DNA of 64,000 bases from an uncultured beta proteobacterium (lineage in GTDB: Bacteria > Pseudomonadota > Gammaproteobacteria > Burkholderiales > SG8-39): NCBI GenBank assembly GCA_903859155.1, contig CAIOLO010000080.1, positions 64,210-128,209 of the forward strand, given 5' to 3'. The translations under genes and the position numbers were made by a program. This document shows, in pieces, positions 46,958 to 55,548 of this stretch (its first letter is position 1; every line of letters begins with the position of its first letter). The notes beneath the pieces were generated by a model. The model worked only from the letters and a program-made list of their open reading frames with translations. It was not told the origin of the DNA and made no database searches.

Positions 46958-47839
46958 ATGAATGACTATGAACGCATTGCGCGGGTTATCCGCTACCTGG
47001 ACTCGCATCGCACCGGGCAGCCTTCACTGGCGGAGCTTGCCGCCCGGGCCGGACTGAGTCCGTTTCACTTTCACCGCCTGTTTTCGGCCTGGGCCGGGGT
47101 GACGCCCAAGGATTTCCTGCAATGCCTGACACTCGCGCATGCGCGGGCCCTGCTGCGCGAGGGCGAGAGCGTGCTGGGTGCGTCCCACGCCGCCGGGCTA
47201 TCCGGCCCGGGACGGCTGCATGATCTTGCGGTGGGCCTGGAGGCGGCCACGCCGGGGGAGATCAAATCGGGCGGCGAGGGCTGGCTGTTGTGCGCGGGTT
47301 TTGCGGACACCCCGTTTGGCGCCTGCCTGATCGCCGAATCGCCGCGCGGCATCTGCCACGTTTCCTTCGCAGGTGAAGGACAGGCCCCCGAAGACGCGCT
47401 GGCGGTTTTGCAGCAGGATTGGCCGCGGGCGCGATTGCGTCGCGACGATAAAGCGGCCCGGGACCGGGCTGCGGCAATATTCCGGCCGGCCGGCGCGCAG
47501 CCGCTTGCACCATCACTGCGCGTGCTGGTGCGCGGCAGCACCTTCCAGGTGCGGGTCTGGCGCGCTTTGTTGCAGATTCCCGCCGGTGCGCTGGTCAGCT
47601 ATGGCGGGCTCGCGTGCCTGCTGGATAAGCCTTCGGCCGCGCGCGCGGTGGGCTCGGCAGTGGCACGGAACTCCATTGCATTTCTCATCCCCTGCCATCG
47701 CGTCATCCGTGAAACCGGCGTGGCCGGCCAATACCGTTGGGGGAGCGAGCGCAAACGCGCGATGATCGCGTGGGAGGGCGCCCGTCCCACCGCCGAGGCG
47801 GCGCCGGGACGGGTTGCCGGGGACGTTCGCGCTCAGTGA
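46958..47839 (+). CDS. AraC-type HTH fused to methylated-DNA-protein-cysteine S-methyltransferase (Ada-like, lacking the N-terminal Zn domain)
   Basis: Trimmed to the ATG at 46958 (MNDYERIARVIRYL...). AraC HTH (LSPFHFHRLFSAWAGVTPKDF). C-terminal MGMT active site IPCHRVI. Confidence 0.85.
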   Translation: MNDYERIARVIRYLDSHRTGQPSLAELAARAGLSPFHFHRLFSAWAGVTPKDFLQCLTLAHARALLREGESVLGASHAAGLSGPGRLHDLAVGLEAATPGEIKSGGEGWLLCAGFADTPFGACLIAESPRGICHVSFAGEGQAPEDALAVLQQDWPRARLRRDDKAARDRAAAIFRPAGAQPLAPSLRVLVRGSTFQVRVWRALLQIPAGALVSYGGLACLLDKPSAARAVGSAVARNSIAFLIPCHRVIRETGVAGQYRWGSERKRAMIAWEGARPTAEAAPGRVAGDVRAQ

Positions 47840-48498
47840 ACGGTTGACGGTTCGTCGGGCAGCAGCAGCCGGGCCGCGCGACCGAAGCGATAGTTCACCT
47901 TGCGGGGGCGCTGCATCCAGCGCGTGTCGCCGAAATCGCGGCTCAGCTCGGGGCAGGGCGGATTGCGATAGCCGCCGGGTTGCAGTGTGGCATCGTCGCT
48001 GACTTCTTTCCAAAAACCGCCGCGAACCGGGCGGAAGCGCCACAGCACATAGCCGCGCTGACCCGCGGTGGCAAGCAGGTCATCGGCGTCCTGAACCTCG
48101 GATACCGGCGCCAGTTCCGGGTCAAAGTAGGGGTGCGGCTGCCCGAATGCCATGACGCCTTCGATGGCCTCCTGGGTGGGCGCGCCGGGCCGCATGAAGG
48201 GGCGCTGCTCGAAGCGTGTCAGGTCCCAGGCGCCAAGCTCCCAGGCGACATCCATGACCGCATATTCCAGATCGCGCAGGGCCGTCCAGCGGCGATTCAC
48301 CTGCAGGCAGGACGAGGGCACCGGCTCGTAACGGAATTTTCTGCCCTGCGGCGTTTCAGCCTCGTGCTCGATAAAACCGTGCCAGTGCAGCGACAACACC
48401 ATGGGCGTGTCCTCGCAGGGCAGCGCGGCAATGGAGATGCCGGCAAGAGGAAGGCGGTTGGAAACCATTTGTGTTTCGATTGCGTCCAGAAAATCCAT
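47833..48498 (-). CDS. hypothetical protein
   Basis: 221-aa ORF with GGAGGA 9 nt upstream of the ATG. Coherent non-repetitive sequence. I recognise no motif. 7-nt convergent overlap with the ada-like gene. Confidence 0.65.
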   Translation of the reverse strand: MDFLDAIETQMVSNRLPLAGISIAALPCEDTPMVLSLHWHGFIEHEAETPQGRKFRYEPVPSSCLQVNRRWTALRDLEYAVMDVAWELGAWDLTRFEQRPFMRPGAPTQEAIEGVMAFGQPHPYFDPELAPVSEVQDADDLLATAGQRGYVLWRFRPVRGGFWKEVSDDATLQPGGYRNPPCPELSRDFGDTRWMQRPRKVNYRFGRAARLLLPDEPSTVH

Positions 48499-48765
48499 GT
48501 CTGCAAATCCTCCATCTTATTGTTGAACACAAAGAGGGTTCAGCAAAAAATACGCCACATTAATTGCGCCGTGTTGTTGGCAGGCGCGATGCCTGGCTGC
48601 CAATCGCTGCTTGCTGGTACTTACAAATAAGATATCGGCAATAGCAGCAACGTATTGAGGAGTTGTTGCGTGGACAGGGGCGGGCGGCAGCATCTGCGCA
48701 AACCGGCCGGGGGGGCGCTATCGGCTATCATTGGGGATTAAACCCCGAAGACGCAGGTTTGCACG

Positions 48766-49578
48766 GTGAGTGATCTCTCCTACCGCGATTTTGAATATCA
48801 GGGCTGGGAGCGTGTTGCCAACAGTTATGGCAAGTCTTTCGAATCCGCCACCCGCCTGTTTGTATCGAGGCTGCTCGACGCCGCGCAGATCAGCAAGGGC
48901 ATGCGCGTGCTGGACCTGGCTTGCGGCACCGGCATAGCGACCTCCCTGGCGGCCGCGCGCGGCGCCCGGACCATGGGCGCGGATTTTTCCCCGGCGATGA
49001 TCCGGGCGGCCCGGCAACGTTATCCGGCCATCGAGATTCGCGAGGCCGAAGCCAACGCGTTGCCGTTCGAGGACGAGAGCTTCGATGTGGTCATTTCGAA
49101 TTTCGGCTTGAACCACTTCGCATTTCCGCTCGAGGCCCTGGCCGAAGTGCGCCGCGTGCTCAAGCCCCAGGGGCGCTTCGTGTGCACCGTCTGGGCGGCC
49201 TCGGAGGAGAGTTCCTTTCATTCCCTGGCGGTGGATGCGGTGTGCGCGGTCGGTGATCCCGGTCCGGCGCTGCCCGCACCCCCGGATGGCGCGCTCGACA
49301 GTCCGCGCGCCTGCCTGCGCCTGCTGGAGGATGCGGGCTTCGACGATGCCGGGTGTAGTGCGGATATCGTGGAGGCTTCGCTTCGGCTGGAATCGGTGCA
49401 GCACCTCATCGACATGCTGCTCGAGGGCACGGTGCACACCGCCGAACTGCTGCGCACCCAGTGGCCCGAGCGCGCCGATGCGCTGCTTGAGGCCATGGAG
49501 CGCAGCACCGCGCGGTTCGCGGTGCGCGGTTCGCTCAAACTGCCGGTGAGCGCCGTTCTGGCGAGTGCAGTCAAATAG
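48766..49578 (+). CDS. class I SAM-dependent methyltransferase
   Basis: 270 aa with a GTG start. VLDLACGTG SAM-binding motif I and FDVVISNFGLNHF motif. Confidence 0.8.
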   Translation: MSDLSYRDFEYQGWERVANSYGKSFESATRLFVSRLLDAAQISKGMRVLDLACGTGIATSLAAARGARTMGADFSPAMIRAARQRYPAIEIREAEANALPFEDESFDVVISNFGLNHFAFPLEALAEVRRVLKPQGRFVCTVWAASEESSFHSLAVDAVCAVGDPGPALPAPPDGALDSPRACLRLLEDAGFDDAGCSADIVEASLRLESVQHLIDMLLEGTVHTAELLRTQWPERADALLEAMERSTARFAVRGSLKLPVSAVLASAVK

Positions 49579-49679
49579 CGCGGCGAGCTATTGGCCGCGC
49601 GGTCCTAGCTGATACCGCCGTCGCATAAAGCTTGCGCCGGCTGATGGATGCAGCGCGGCGGGTTTTTGGCCGCGCGATA

Positions 49680-50903
49680 TCAGATAACTTTCCGTTTGCG
49701 TAGCTCGTCGAGCCTGGTGTCGTCGATGCCGAGGAGCCGGGCGAGCACCTCGCCGGTATCCTGGCCCAGCAGCGGCGGCGGGAGCCGGTATTCGACCGGT
49801 GTTTCCGACAGCCGCATGGGGCTGGCAACCAGCGGCACAGTACCCGAGGAGGGGTGCGGCATCTCGATCTTCATGCCGCGGAACTGCACCTGCGGGTCGG
49901 CAAACACCTGATCGAGCTTGTTGATCGGTCCGCACGGTACGCCGGCCGCTTCGAGGCTCGCAACCCAGTCGTCGCGCGCGCGCTTTTCGATGATGCCGGC
50001 GAGGATCGGCACCAGGGTGTCGCGCTGGCGCACACGCGATTCGTTGCTCGCGAAGCGCGGGTCCGCTGAAAGCTCCGTGCAGAGGGCGACTTCGCAGAAT
50101 TTCCGGAACTGGGTGTCGTTGCCGACGGCGAGGATCATGTGTCCGTCGCTGCAGGCGAACACCTGATAGGGAACGATGTTGGGATGCGCGTTGCCCCAGC
50201 GCTTGGGAACTTCATTGGTGGTGAAATAGTTGAGGTGCATGTTCCCCAGCATCGACACACCGACGTCGAGCAGGGCCATGTCGATGTACTGGCCCTTGCC
50301 GCTTTGCTCGCGCCAGGCCAGCGCGGCGAGGATGGCGATGCTCGCGTACATGCCGGTCATGACGTCGGTGACCGCGACGCCCACCTTCTGCGGGCCGCCG
50401 CCGGGCAGATCCTCGCGCTCGCCGGTGATGCTCATCAAGCCGCCCATGCCCTGGATCAGGAAGTCGTAGCCGGCGCGCTTGGCATACGGACCGGTCTGGC
50501 CGAAGCCGGTGATAGAGCAGTAGACGAGGCGCGGGTTGAGCGCCTTGAGGCTTTCATAGTCCAGGCCGAAGCGCGCGAGGTCCCCCACCTTGAAGTTCTC
50601 GATCAGCACATCGGATTTCGCCGCGAGCGCGCGAAACATCTCCTGTCCTTCCGGGCACGAGATGTCGAGGGTCACCGATTGCTTGCCGCGGTTGCATGAG
50701 AGGTAGTAGGCGGCCTCGCTGGTGTCGCGGCCCTGTGCGTCCTTCAGATACGGGGGCGCCCAGGAGCGCGTGTCGTCGCCCGAACCGGGGCGCTCGATCT
50801 TGATGACCTCGGCGCCCAGATCGGCGAGCGTCTGCGAACAGGTGGGGCCGGCGAGAATGCGGCCCAGGTCAAGAATGCGGATGTGGGAGAGGGCGCCGGG
50901 CAT
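49680..50903 (-). CDS. family III CoA-transferase (CaiB/BaiF; formyl-CoA transferase-like)
   Basis: Trimmed to the ATG at 50903 (MPGALSHIRILDLGRILAGPTCSQTLADLGAEVIKIERP). Motifs typical of CoA-transferase family III throughout. Confidence 0.9.
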   Translation of the reverse strand: MPGALSHIRILDLGRILAGPTCSQTLADLGAEVIKIERPGSGDDTRSWAPPYLKDAQGRDTSEAAYYLSCNRGKQSVTLDISCPEGQEMFRALAAKSDVLIENFKVGDLARFGLDYESLKALNPRLVYCSITGFGQTGPYAKRAGYDFLIQGMGGLMSITGEREDLPGGGPQKVGVAVTDVMTGMYASIAILAALAWREQSGKGQYIDMALLDVGVSMLGNMHLNYFTTNEVPKRWGNAHPNIVPYQVFACSDGHMILAVGNDTQFRKFCEVALCTELSADPRFASNESRVRQRDTLVPILAGIIEKRARDDWVASLEAAGVPCGPINKLDQVFADPQVQFRGMKIEMPHPSSGTVPLVASPMRLSETPVEYRLPPPLLGQDTGEVLARLLGIDDTRLDELRKRKVI

Positions 50904-51047
50904 GGATTTTTCGTTGTGTAAAACAGGATGAATGGACAATAACAGCAAGCTGTCAACTGCTGTGAAGAATAGTAATTAAAAACTTTATATAAGAGAAATA
51001 GCCAATCTGCTTTAATTAATTGGAAGTTAGCATTCAAATATGGAATA

Positions 51048-51070
51048 AGAGTTCTGCAGAACTCCTTTTT
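51048..51070. terminator. palindromic hairpin with a T-run (possible bidirectional terminator)
   Basis: GAGTTCTGCAGAACTC (51048-51063) is a perfect palindrome, followed by CTTTTTT (to 51070) on the + strand and preceded by an A/T-rich stretch. It sits in the A+T-rich gap between the CoA-transferase start and the toxin gene end. Confidence 0.5.
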
Positions 51071-51117
51071 TGAAAGGTGGCTGAAGTAATGCGCATGCTG
51101 GGGGTCGCCGCAGAACG

Positions 51118-51408
51118 CTACAGGAACGGCCCTGAGCCCCGGCTCGTATGCCACAGTGCCACTACCTCCACTTGAGCACGACGAACACGATAGTAGAGGT
51201 GGTAGTGAATCCGAGCCAGGTGCAAGCGTCGAATGCCTCGCAGGCGAACGTTCAAAGCCGGTGCGCCTATGCCGGGTTCGAGCCCGAGAAGCGAAAACGC
51301 ATCCTCAAGTTCCTCGTCAAAAGCGTTTGGAGCAAGAGGGCGGTTCTGGTCCCAACCACAGCGCGGCGCGATCAATCCGCGCCTGCGCTCGCCGGGTGAC
51401 CTGAACAT
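51118..51408 (-). CDS. type II toxin, ParE/RelE superfamily
   Basis: 96 aa. The C-terminal ...IHYHLYYRVRRAQVEVVALWHTSRG pattern is typical of ParE-type toxins. Lies 10 nt downstream of a small antitoxin-like ORF. Confidence 0.7.
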   Translation of the reverse strand: MFRSPGERRRGLIAPRCGWDQNRPLAPNAFDEELEDAFSLLGLEPGIGAPALNVRLRGIRRLHLARIHYHLYYRVRRAQVEVVALWHTSRGSGPFL

Positions 51409-51418
51409 TCACGGCTAT

Positions 51419-51643
51419 TCAGCCGTGGCGTTGGGCGAGCTTCGCGACCACCTCCGCGGCGGACACGGTCTCTCCGCGATCCGCCTCGGCAATCGACAAC
51501 AGCAGTTCAGCCTCTTGCTCAGCCGTCAGGTTGAAGCCGCCTTCATCGTCTTTTGTCAGAACGGTCACCGATGCGCCCTCCTCGAAGTTGACTCCTTCGA
51601 CCACGATTTTTCCGTCGACTATTTTTCCAGTGGCTATCTTCAT
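51419..51643 (-). CDS. putative antitoxin partner of the ParE-like toxin
   Basis: Small ORF directly upstream of the toxin. MKIATGKIVDGKIVVEGVNFEEG...LTAEQEAELLLSIAEADRGETVSAAEVVAKL resembles addiction-module antitoxins. Start uncertain (TTG at 51691 or ATG at 51643; no clear SD). Confidence 0.55.
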   Translation of the reverse strand: MKIATGKIVDGKIVVEGVNFEEGASVTVLTKDDEGGFNLTAEQEAELLLSIAEADRGETVSAAEVVAKLAQRHG

Positions 51644-51739
51644 AACGGAAAAGGATACTCTGAACTGCAACGGTTGTGCTTGGGCAAACAAATCACCGGC
51701 GTGGCGAGAACATGATGTTTGCCGGGGTGCGGATTGGGT

Positions 51740-52585
51740 CTAATCCGAAGTGAATCGATCTCCCAAAACCCGTGCGATTGCGCTCAAACCGGCCAGCGCG
51801 CCCACTGGCAAGCCGACGTCGCGAGGGGTTGGCACCTTGGATTCGTCGGGATTGATGCGTATCAGCTGGCCATTGAATTGCTGGATTACGCGCTGGCTGA
51901 AATGGCGAACAGAGGGGATTGCAGTGCCTGCCCCTAGTTCAATGACGACCGGCCGGCTTGCCGATGACAGCCACGTTTGCTGGCGAAGCGCCTGCGCCGC
52001 GGTGCGCTGATCGACCCAGCTCCAGTCGTTGAACATCAGCACGTTGGGCCGCGCCAGGGCGCCACAGTCCGGGCACTGTGGCGGAGCATTGCGCAACCGG
52101 CATTCGTCCTCGTCAACCTCGGGATAAAAAGCATCGGCATCCCAGACGGACTGGCTGCACGGTTCCAGGCATTGCAGATGATGGATTGAGCCGTGGCATT
52201 CATGGACGTGTTCCTGGTCGAAGCCGTTTTTTTGAAACTGCCCATCGACGTTGCTGGTAAAGACGCTATAGCCATGGGGCATCCGCTCGCCCCAATGTTT
52301 GAGGAGCGCGAAGCCCGGGTGCGGCACCGTATGGCGATACAAGGCCAGGCGGTGCCCGTAAAACCCCCAGGCGGTTTCAGGCATCGAGCGAAAAGAATCC
52401 GGCGAGGCGACGCTGTAAAAATCCATTTGCGCCTTGCGCAACGCGGGATAGGCGTTCCAGAAACCTTCCTTGCCGCGGAAATCGGGCAAGCCGGAATCGA
52501 CACCCATTCCGGCACCGGCGGCGACGATCAAGGCGTCGGCCTGATCGATCAGGGTTGCCGCGCGCTCGATCAGCGAATCAAACAT
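51740..52585 (-). CDS. SIR2-family NAD-dependent protein deacylase (sirtuin)
   Basis: 281 aa. GAGMGVDSGLPDFRG NAD-binding motif, catalytic HECHGS, and a Zn-ribbon with QCLEPC...CPDCG cysteines. Confidence 0.85.
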   Translation of the reverse strand: MFDSLIERAATLIDQADALIVAAGAGMGVDSGLPDFRGKEGFWNAYPALRKAQMDFYSVASPDSFRSMPETAWGFYGHRLALYRHTVPHPGFALLKHWGERMPHGYSVFTSNVDGQFQKNGFDQEHVHECHGSIHHLQCLEPCSQSVWDADAFYPEVDEDECRLRNAPPQCPDCGALARPNVLMFNDWSWVDQRTAAQALRQQTWLSSASRPVVIELGAGTAIPSVRHFSQRVIQQFNGQLIRINPDESKVPTPRDVGLPVGALAGLSAIARVLGDRFTSD

Positions 52586-52616
52586 GGGATCCGGAAAGGT
52601 TCGCGGGTGTCAAAGC

Positions 52617-53135
52617 TCAAAGCACCTTCTCCATCACATAGTCGTCCATCACATAGCCGTTGCCGATATCGAACACCGCCTCTTCGCGCACGGCAAAGCC
52701 CGATTTGCGGTACACGGCGATCGAGTCCGCATTGTGTTTGTTGACCGTCAGCATCAGCACCCGGCAGGCGCGCGCCCGCGCCCGGGTTTCGACGTGCCGC
52801 AGCATGAGGCCGCCGAGACCTTTGCCGCGACATTCTTCCAGGAGGTAGAGTTGCTCCAGTTTCATCTCGCCTGGTGCGGATGAAATCGCGTGGCTGCAAT
52901 AGCCCACCGCCCTGCGGTCGAGCCACAGCAGTTCCAGCCAGCGATCGTCCGCGTTCAGGTAGGCACGCAGCTTTTCCGCCGTGTAGCGGCCCGAGAGCAT
53001 GTAATCGATCTGCTCCATGCTGATAATCTTGGAGTAATGCAAGCGCCAGATGGCCTCACCCAGCCGCGCCAATGTCTCGAAGTCGGCTTCGGTGATGGGG
53101 GCAAGTCTTGCATTGAAGTGTTCCCGGCCCGGCAT
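52617..53135 (-). CDS. GNAT-family N-acetyltransferase
   Basis: Only the C-terminal 172 codons of the 518-aa ORF look real (start ATG at 53135, alternative 53165). Acetyl-CoA motif ECRGKGLGGLML and NADSIAVYRKSGF. Confidence 0.8.
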   Translation of the reverse strand: MPGREHFNARLAPITEADFETLARLGEAIWRLHYSKIISMEQIDYMLSGRYTAEKLRAYLNADDRWLELLWLDRRAVGYCSHAISSAPGEMKLEQLYLLEECRGKGLGGLMLRHVETRARARACRVLMLTVNKHNADSIAVYRKSGFAVREEAVFDIGNGYVMDDYVMEKVL

Positions 53136-53234
53136 GGTGATTGGCCCCGCCGCAATATGTACCATCGCAATGCTACTGCAATCTATTGAGTAATATGCCG
53201 GCTCGCCAACGGCTTGGGGGCGGCGGGGACAAGA

Positions 53235-54143
53235 ATGGTGAATATCCGTTTCATTGAAAAGGAGTGTCGCTTGAAGAACGTAATTCGTGCGGTCCCGTTG
53301 GCGCTTGCGGCGCTCTTTGCGATGTCGGCAATGCCGGTTTGCGCCGCGGAGGAGGAGCCGAAGATCACCGAGGAAACGCCTTACGTCCCCTCGCCGAGGA
53401 TCGTGGTCGACACCATGCTGCGCATGGCGGACGTGCACAAAGGCGATTTCCTGATCGACCTGGGATCGGGTGACGGACGCATCATCATCACCGCGGCGGC
53501 GGAGTACAACGCACGCGGCTTCGGCGTCGACTACGATCCGCGGCTGGTCAGGCTGGCCACCGAGAATGCGAAAAAAGCGGGGGTCTCCGACCGGGCACGC
53601 TTTATCGACCAGAACGTTTTCAAGACCGACCTGGGCCAGGCGTCGGTCGTGACCATCTACCTGTTGCCCGAATACAACGCCGTGCTCAAGCCCACCCTGC
53701 TCGCGCTGAAGCCCGGCACGCGCATCGTCTCGCACGATTACGGCATCGGCGACTGGGAGCCGGATGCGGCGTCCAAGGTCCAGGTCCCGGAAAAACCCGT
53801 CGGCCTGGAAAAGGCGAGCTGGATCTACTACTGGATGGTGCCGGCCAAAGTGGAGGGGCAGTGGCGCTCGAGCATTCCCGCCGCGAGGGGGGCGACCGCG
53901 CTGGAACTCAAGCTGACACAGCACTACCAGAAGGTAGAGGGCACCGCGAAGATCGGTGCCAGCACCGTTGCGATCGAGCGGCCGGTGTTGAAGGGGGACG
54001 CGCTGTCGTTCGAACTCACCGACGGCAAGCAGCACCTGCAGTTTGAGGGCCGGATCTCCGGCGGGAAACTCAGCGGTCAATTGCTGTCGGGCAACAAAAA
54101 GCAAACCTGGCGCGCAGTACGGATTGATGCGCCCAAGGGGTGA
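53235..54143 (+). CDS. class I SAM-dependent methyltransferase-like protein with an N-terminal signal peptide or anchor
   Basis: Start set at ATG 53235. Hydrophobic AVPLALAALFAMSAMPVCAAEEE leader. LIDLGSGDGRI SAM motif I. C-terminal ~100-aa beta-rich extension. Confidence 0.75.
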   Translation: MVNIRFIEKECRLKNVIRAVPLALAALFAMSAMPVCAAEEEPKITEETPYVPSPRIVVDTMLRMADVHKGDFLIDLGSGDGRIIITAAAEYNARGFGVDYDPRLVRLATENAKKAGVSDRARFIDQNVFKTDLGQASVVTIYLLPEYNAVLKPTLLALKPGTRIVSHDYGIGDWEPDAASKVQVPEKPVGLEKASWIYYWMVPAKVEGQWRSSIPAARGATALELKLTQHYQKVEGTAKIGASTVAIERPVLKGDALSFELTDGKQHLQFEGRISGGKLSGQLLSGNKKQTWRAVRIDAPKG

Positions 54144-54317
54144 ATGCTCCGACCCTGTTCCGGTTCCAGCCAAGTTTGTTTCAGCGTCGCCGAGAATTAG
54201 CGCTTAGCGGGAAATTTGCAAGCTTGCGGTAAGCCGCGACCCTCAATGGGACGTTTTAGAACGCCACTAAAATACCGCCTCGGGTCCGCCTCTGGCCCCG
54301 GGATCCCACAAGGTTCC

Positions 54318-55484
54318 ATGATCAAACCGCTTCACCTGCAGATTTTTCTCTCCTCCTGCAACCACACCACCGTCAACGGCACGCGCCTCACGGTGCTGTT
54401 GTACGCGGCCTACCTGCAGGCGTCGCCTGCCGTGATCGGGCTGCTTGCCGCCTCGTATGGCCTGGTGAGTGCATTCATGGCGGTGGGGATGGGCCGTTGG
54501 ATCGACCGGATCGGGCCGCGCAAGCCGTTCATGCTGGCCTCGCTGGTGATCGCGCTGTGCGGTGTGCTGGCATGGTTCATCGAGGGGCTGGCGGTGCTGT
54601 TCGTCATTTGTCCGCTGCTGGGCATTTTCAACAGCATGTTCCAGATCGGGTCACATCAGACCATCGGGCGCTTCGGCAGGCCGGACGAACGCACCGCCAA
54701 TTTCACGTTGCATTCGCTGGGTATTTCCGCCGCCACGTTCATCGGGCCGATGCTCTCGGGCCTGACGGTGGATCATCTGGGCCATCTGAATTCGTTCCTG
54801 GTGCTGGGGGTGCTCTCGGCCCTGCCGTTGCTGATGCTGGGCGCGAACTGGCTGGTGTATCCGCCGCAGGTCGCGCGCCATCGCGAAACGCCAGAGGAGG
54901 CCAAGGGCGGGTGGGCGCTGCTGAAGGACCTGCCTTTGCGGCGTGCCTATATCGTCGCTTCGCTGAATAACTGCCTGTGGAGCCTGGTGAGTTTCATGAT
55001 TCCTCTGTATGGCACGCAGATCGGCTTTTCGGCGACGCGCATCGGCGCGCTGATGGCCTTCCTCGCCGCGGGCACCGTCGGCATACGCGTGGTGTTGCCG
55101 TGGCTGCTGCGCAGCCTCGGCCGCTGGCAGCTCATCATTCTGGCGCAGGCGATGATCGCCATCGGTTTCATCGGCATGCCCTTTACCGAGATTTACCTGT
55201 GGGTCGCGGTGCTGTCCTGCCTGATCGGCACGGGACTGGGGGTGTCCGGGCCGGTGGGCACCACGCTGATGTATGACGCTTCGCCGCCGGCGCGCGTCGG
55301 TGAAGTGGTGGGCATGCGCATGACCGTGGCCAATATCGGGCAGACGGTGGTGCCGCTGCTCTCCGGTGCAGTGGGCGCCGCGTTCGGCGTGGCACCGGTT
55401 TTCTGGGCGGTGGCGGCGATCGTGGTGGGTGACATGTATTCGCACCGCGGCATGCTCGGCGCCAGGGAGCCGCCGCAGCCATAG
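54318..55484 (+). CDS. MFS transporter
   Basis: Trimmed to the ATG at 54318. About 12 hydrophobic segments. GMGRWIDRIGPRK loop motif. Confidence 0.8.
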   Translation: MIKPLHLQIFLSSCNHTTVNGTRLTVLLYAAYLQASPAVIGLLAASYGLVSAFMAVGMGRWIDRIGPRKPFMLASLVIALCGVLAWFIEGLAVLFVICPLLGIFNSMFQIGSHQTIGRFGRPDERTANFTLHSLGISAATFIGPMLSGLTVDHLGHLNSFLVLGVLSALPLLMLGANWLVYPPQVARHRETPEEAKGGWALLKDLPLRRAYIVASLNNCLWSLVSFMIPLYGTQIGFSATRIGALMAFLAAGTVGIRVVLPWLLRSLGRWQLIILAQAMIAIGFIGMPFTEIYLWVAVLSCLIGTGLGVSGPVGTTLMYDASPPARVGEVVGMRMTVANIGQTVVPLLSGAVGAAFGVAPVFWAVAAIVVGDMYSHRGMLGAREPPQP

Positions 55485-55548
55485 GCATTTCTGGCCCTGC
55501 CGTTATACTGTCTGCCGTGGAGAGCGCAGGTTACAGGAGAGGCAAGGT

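Noticed and set aside
48585-48615. sigma-54-like CTGGCTGCCAATCGCTGCTTGC upstream of the methyltransferase gene.
   Set aside because: The GG-to-GC spacing is off by one relative to TGGCAC-N5-TTGC, and the -24 hexamer is poor.
51740-52585. Considered the SIR2 protein as an anti-phage NADase (Thoeris ThsA, DSR or SIR2-HerA type).
   Set aside because: It is short (281 aa) and has the canonical sirtuin NAD motif, catalytic His and a four-Cys zinc ribbon. It has no SLOG, TIR, HerA or pAgo partner. A housekeeping-type deacylase paired with a GNAT is the simpler reading.
53136-54173. N-terminal ~345 codons of the 518-aa minus-strand ORF 52617..54173.
   Set aside because: Only the last 172 codons form a GNAT domain. 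The upstream part is low-complexity and lies antisense to a well-supported plus-strand methyltransferase gene with its own leader.
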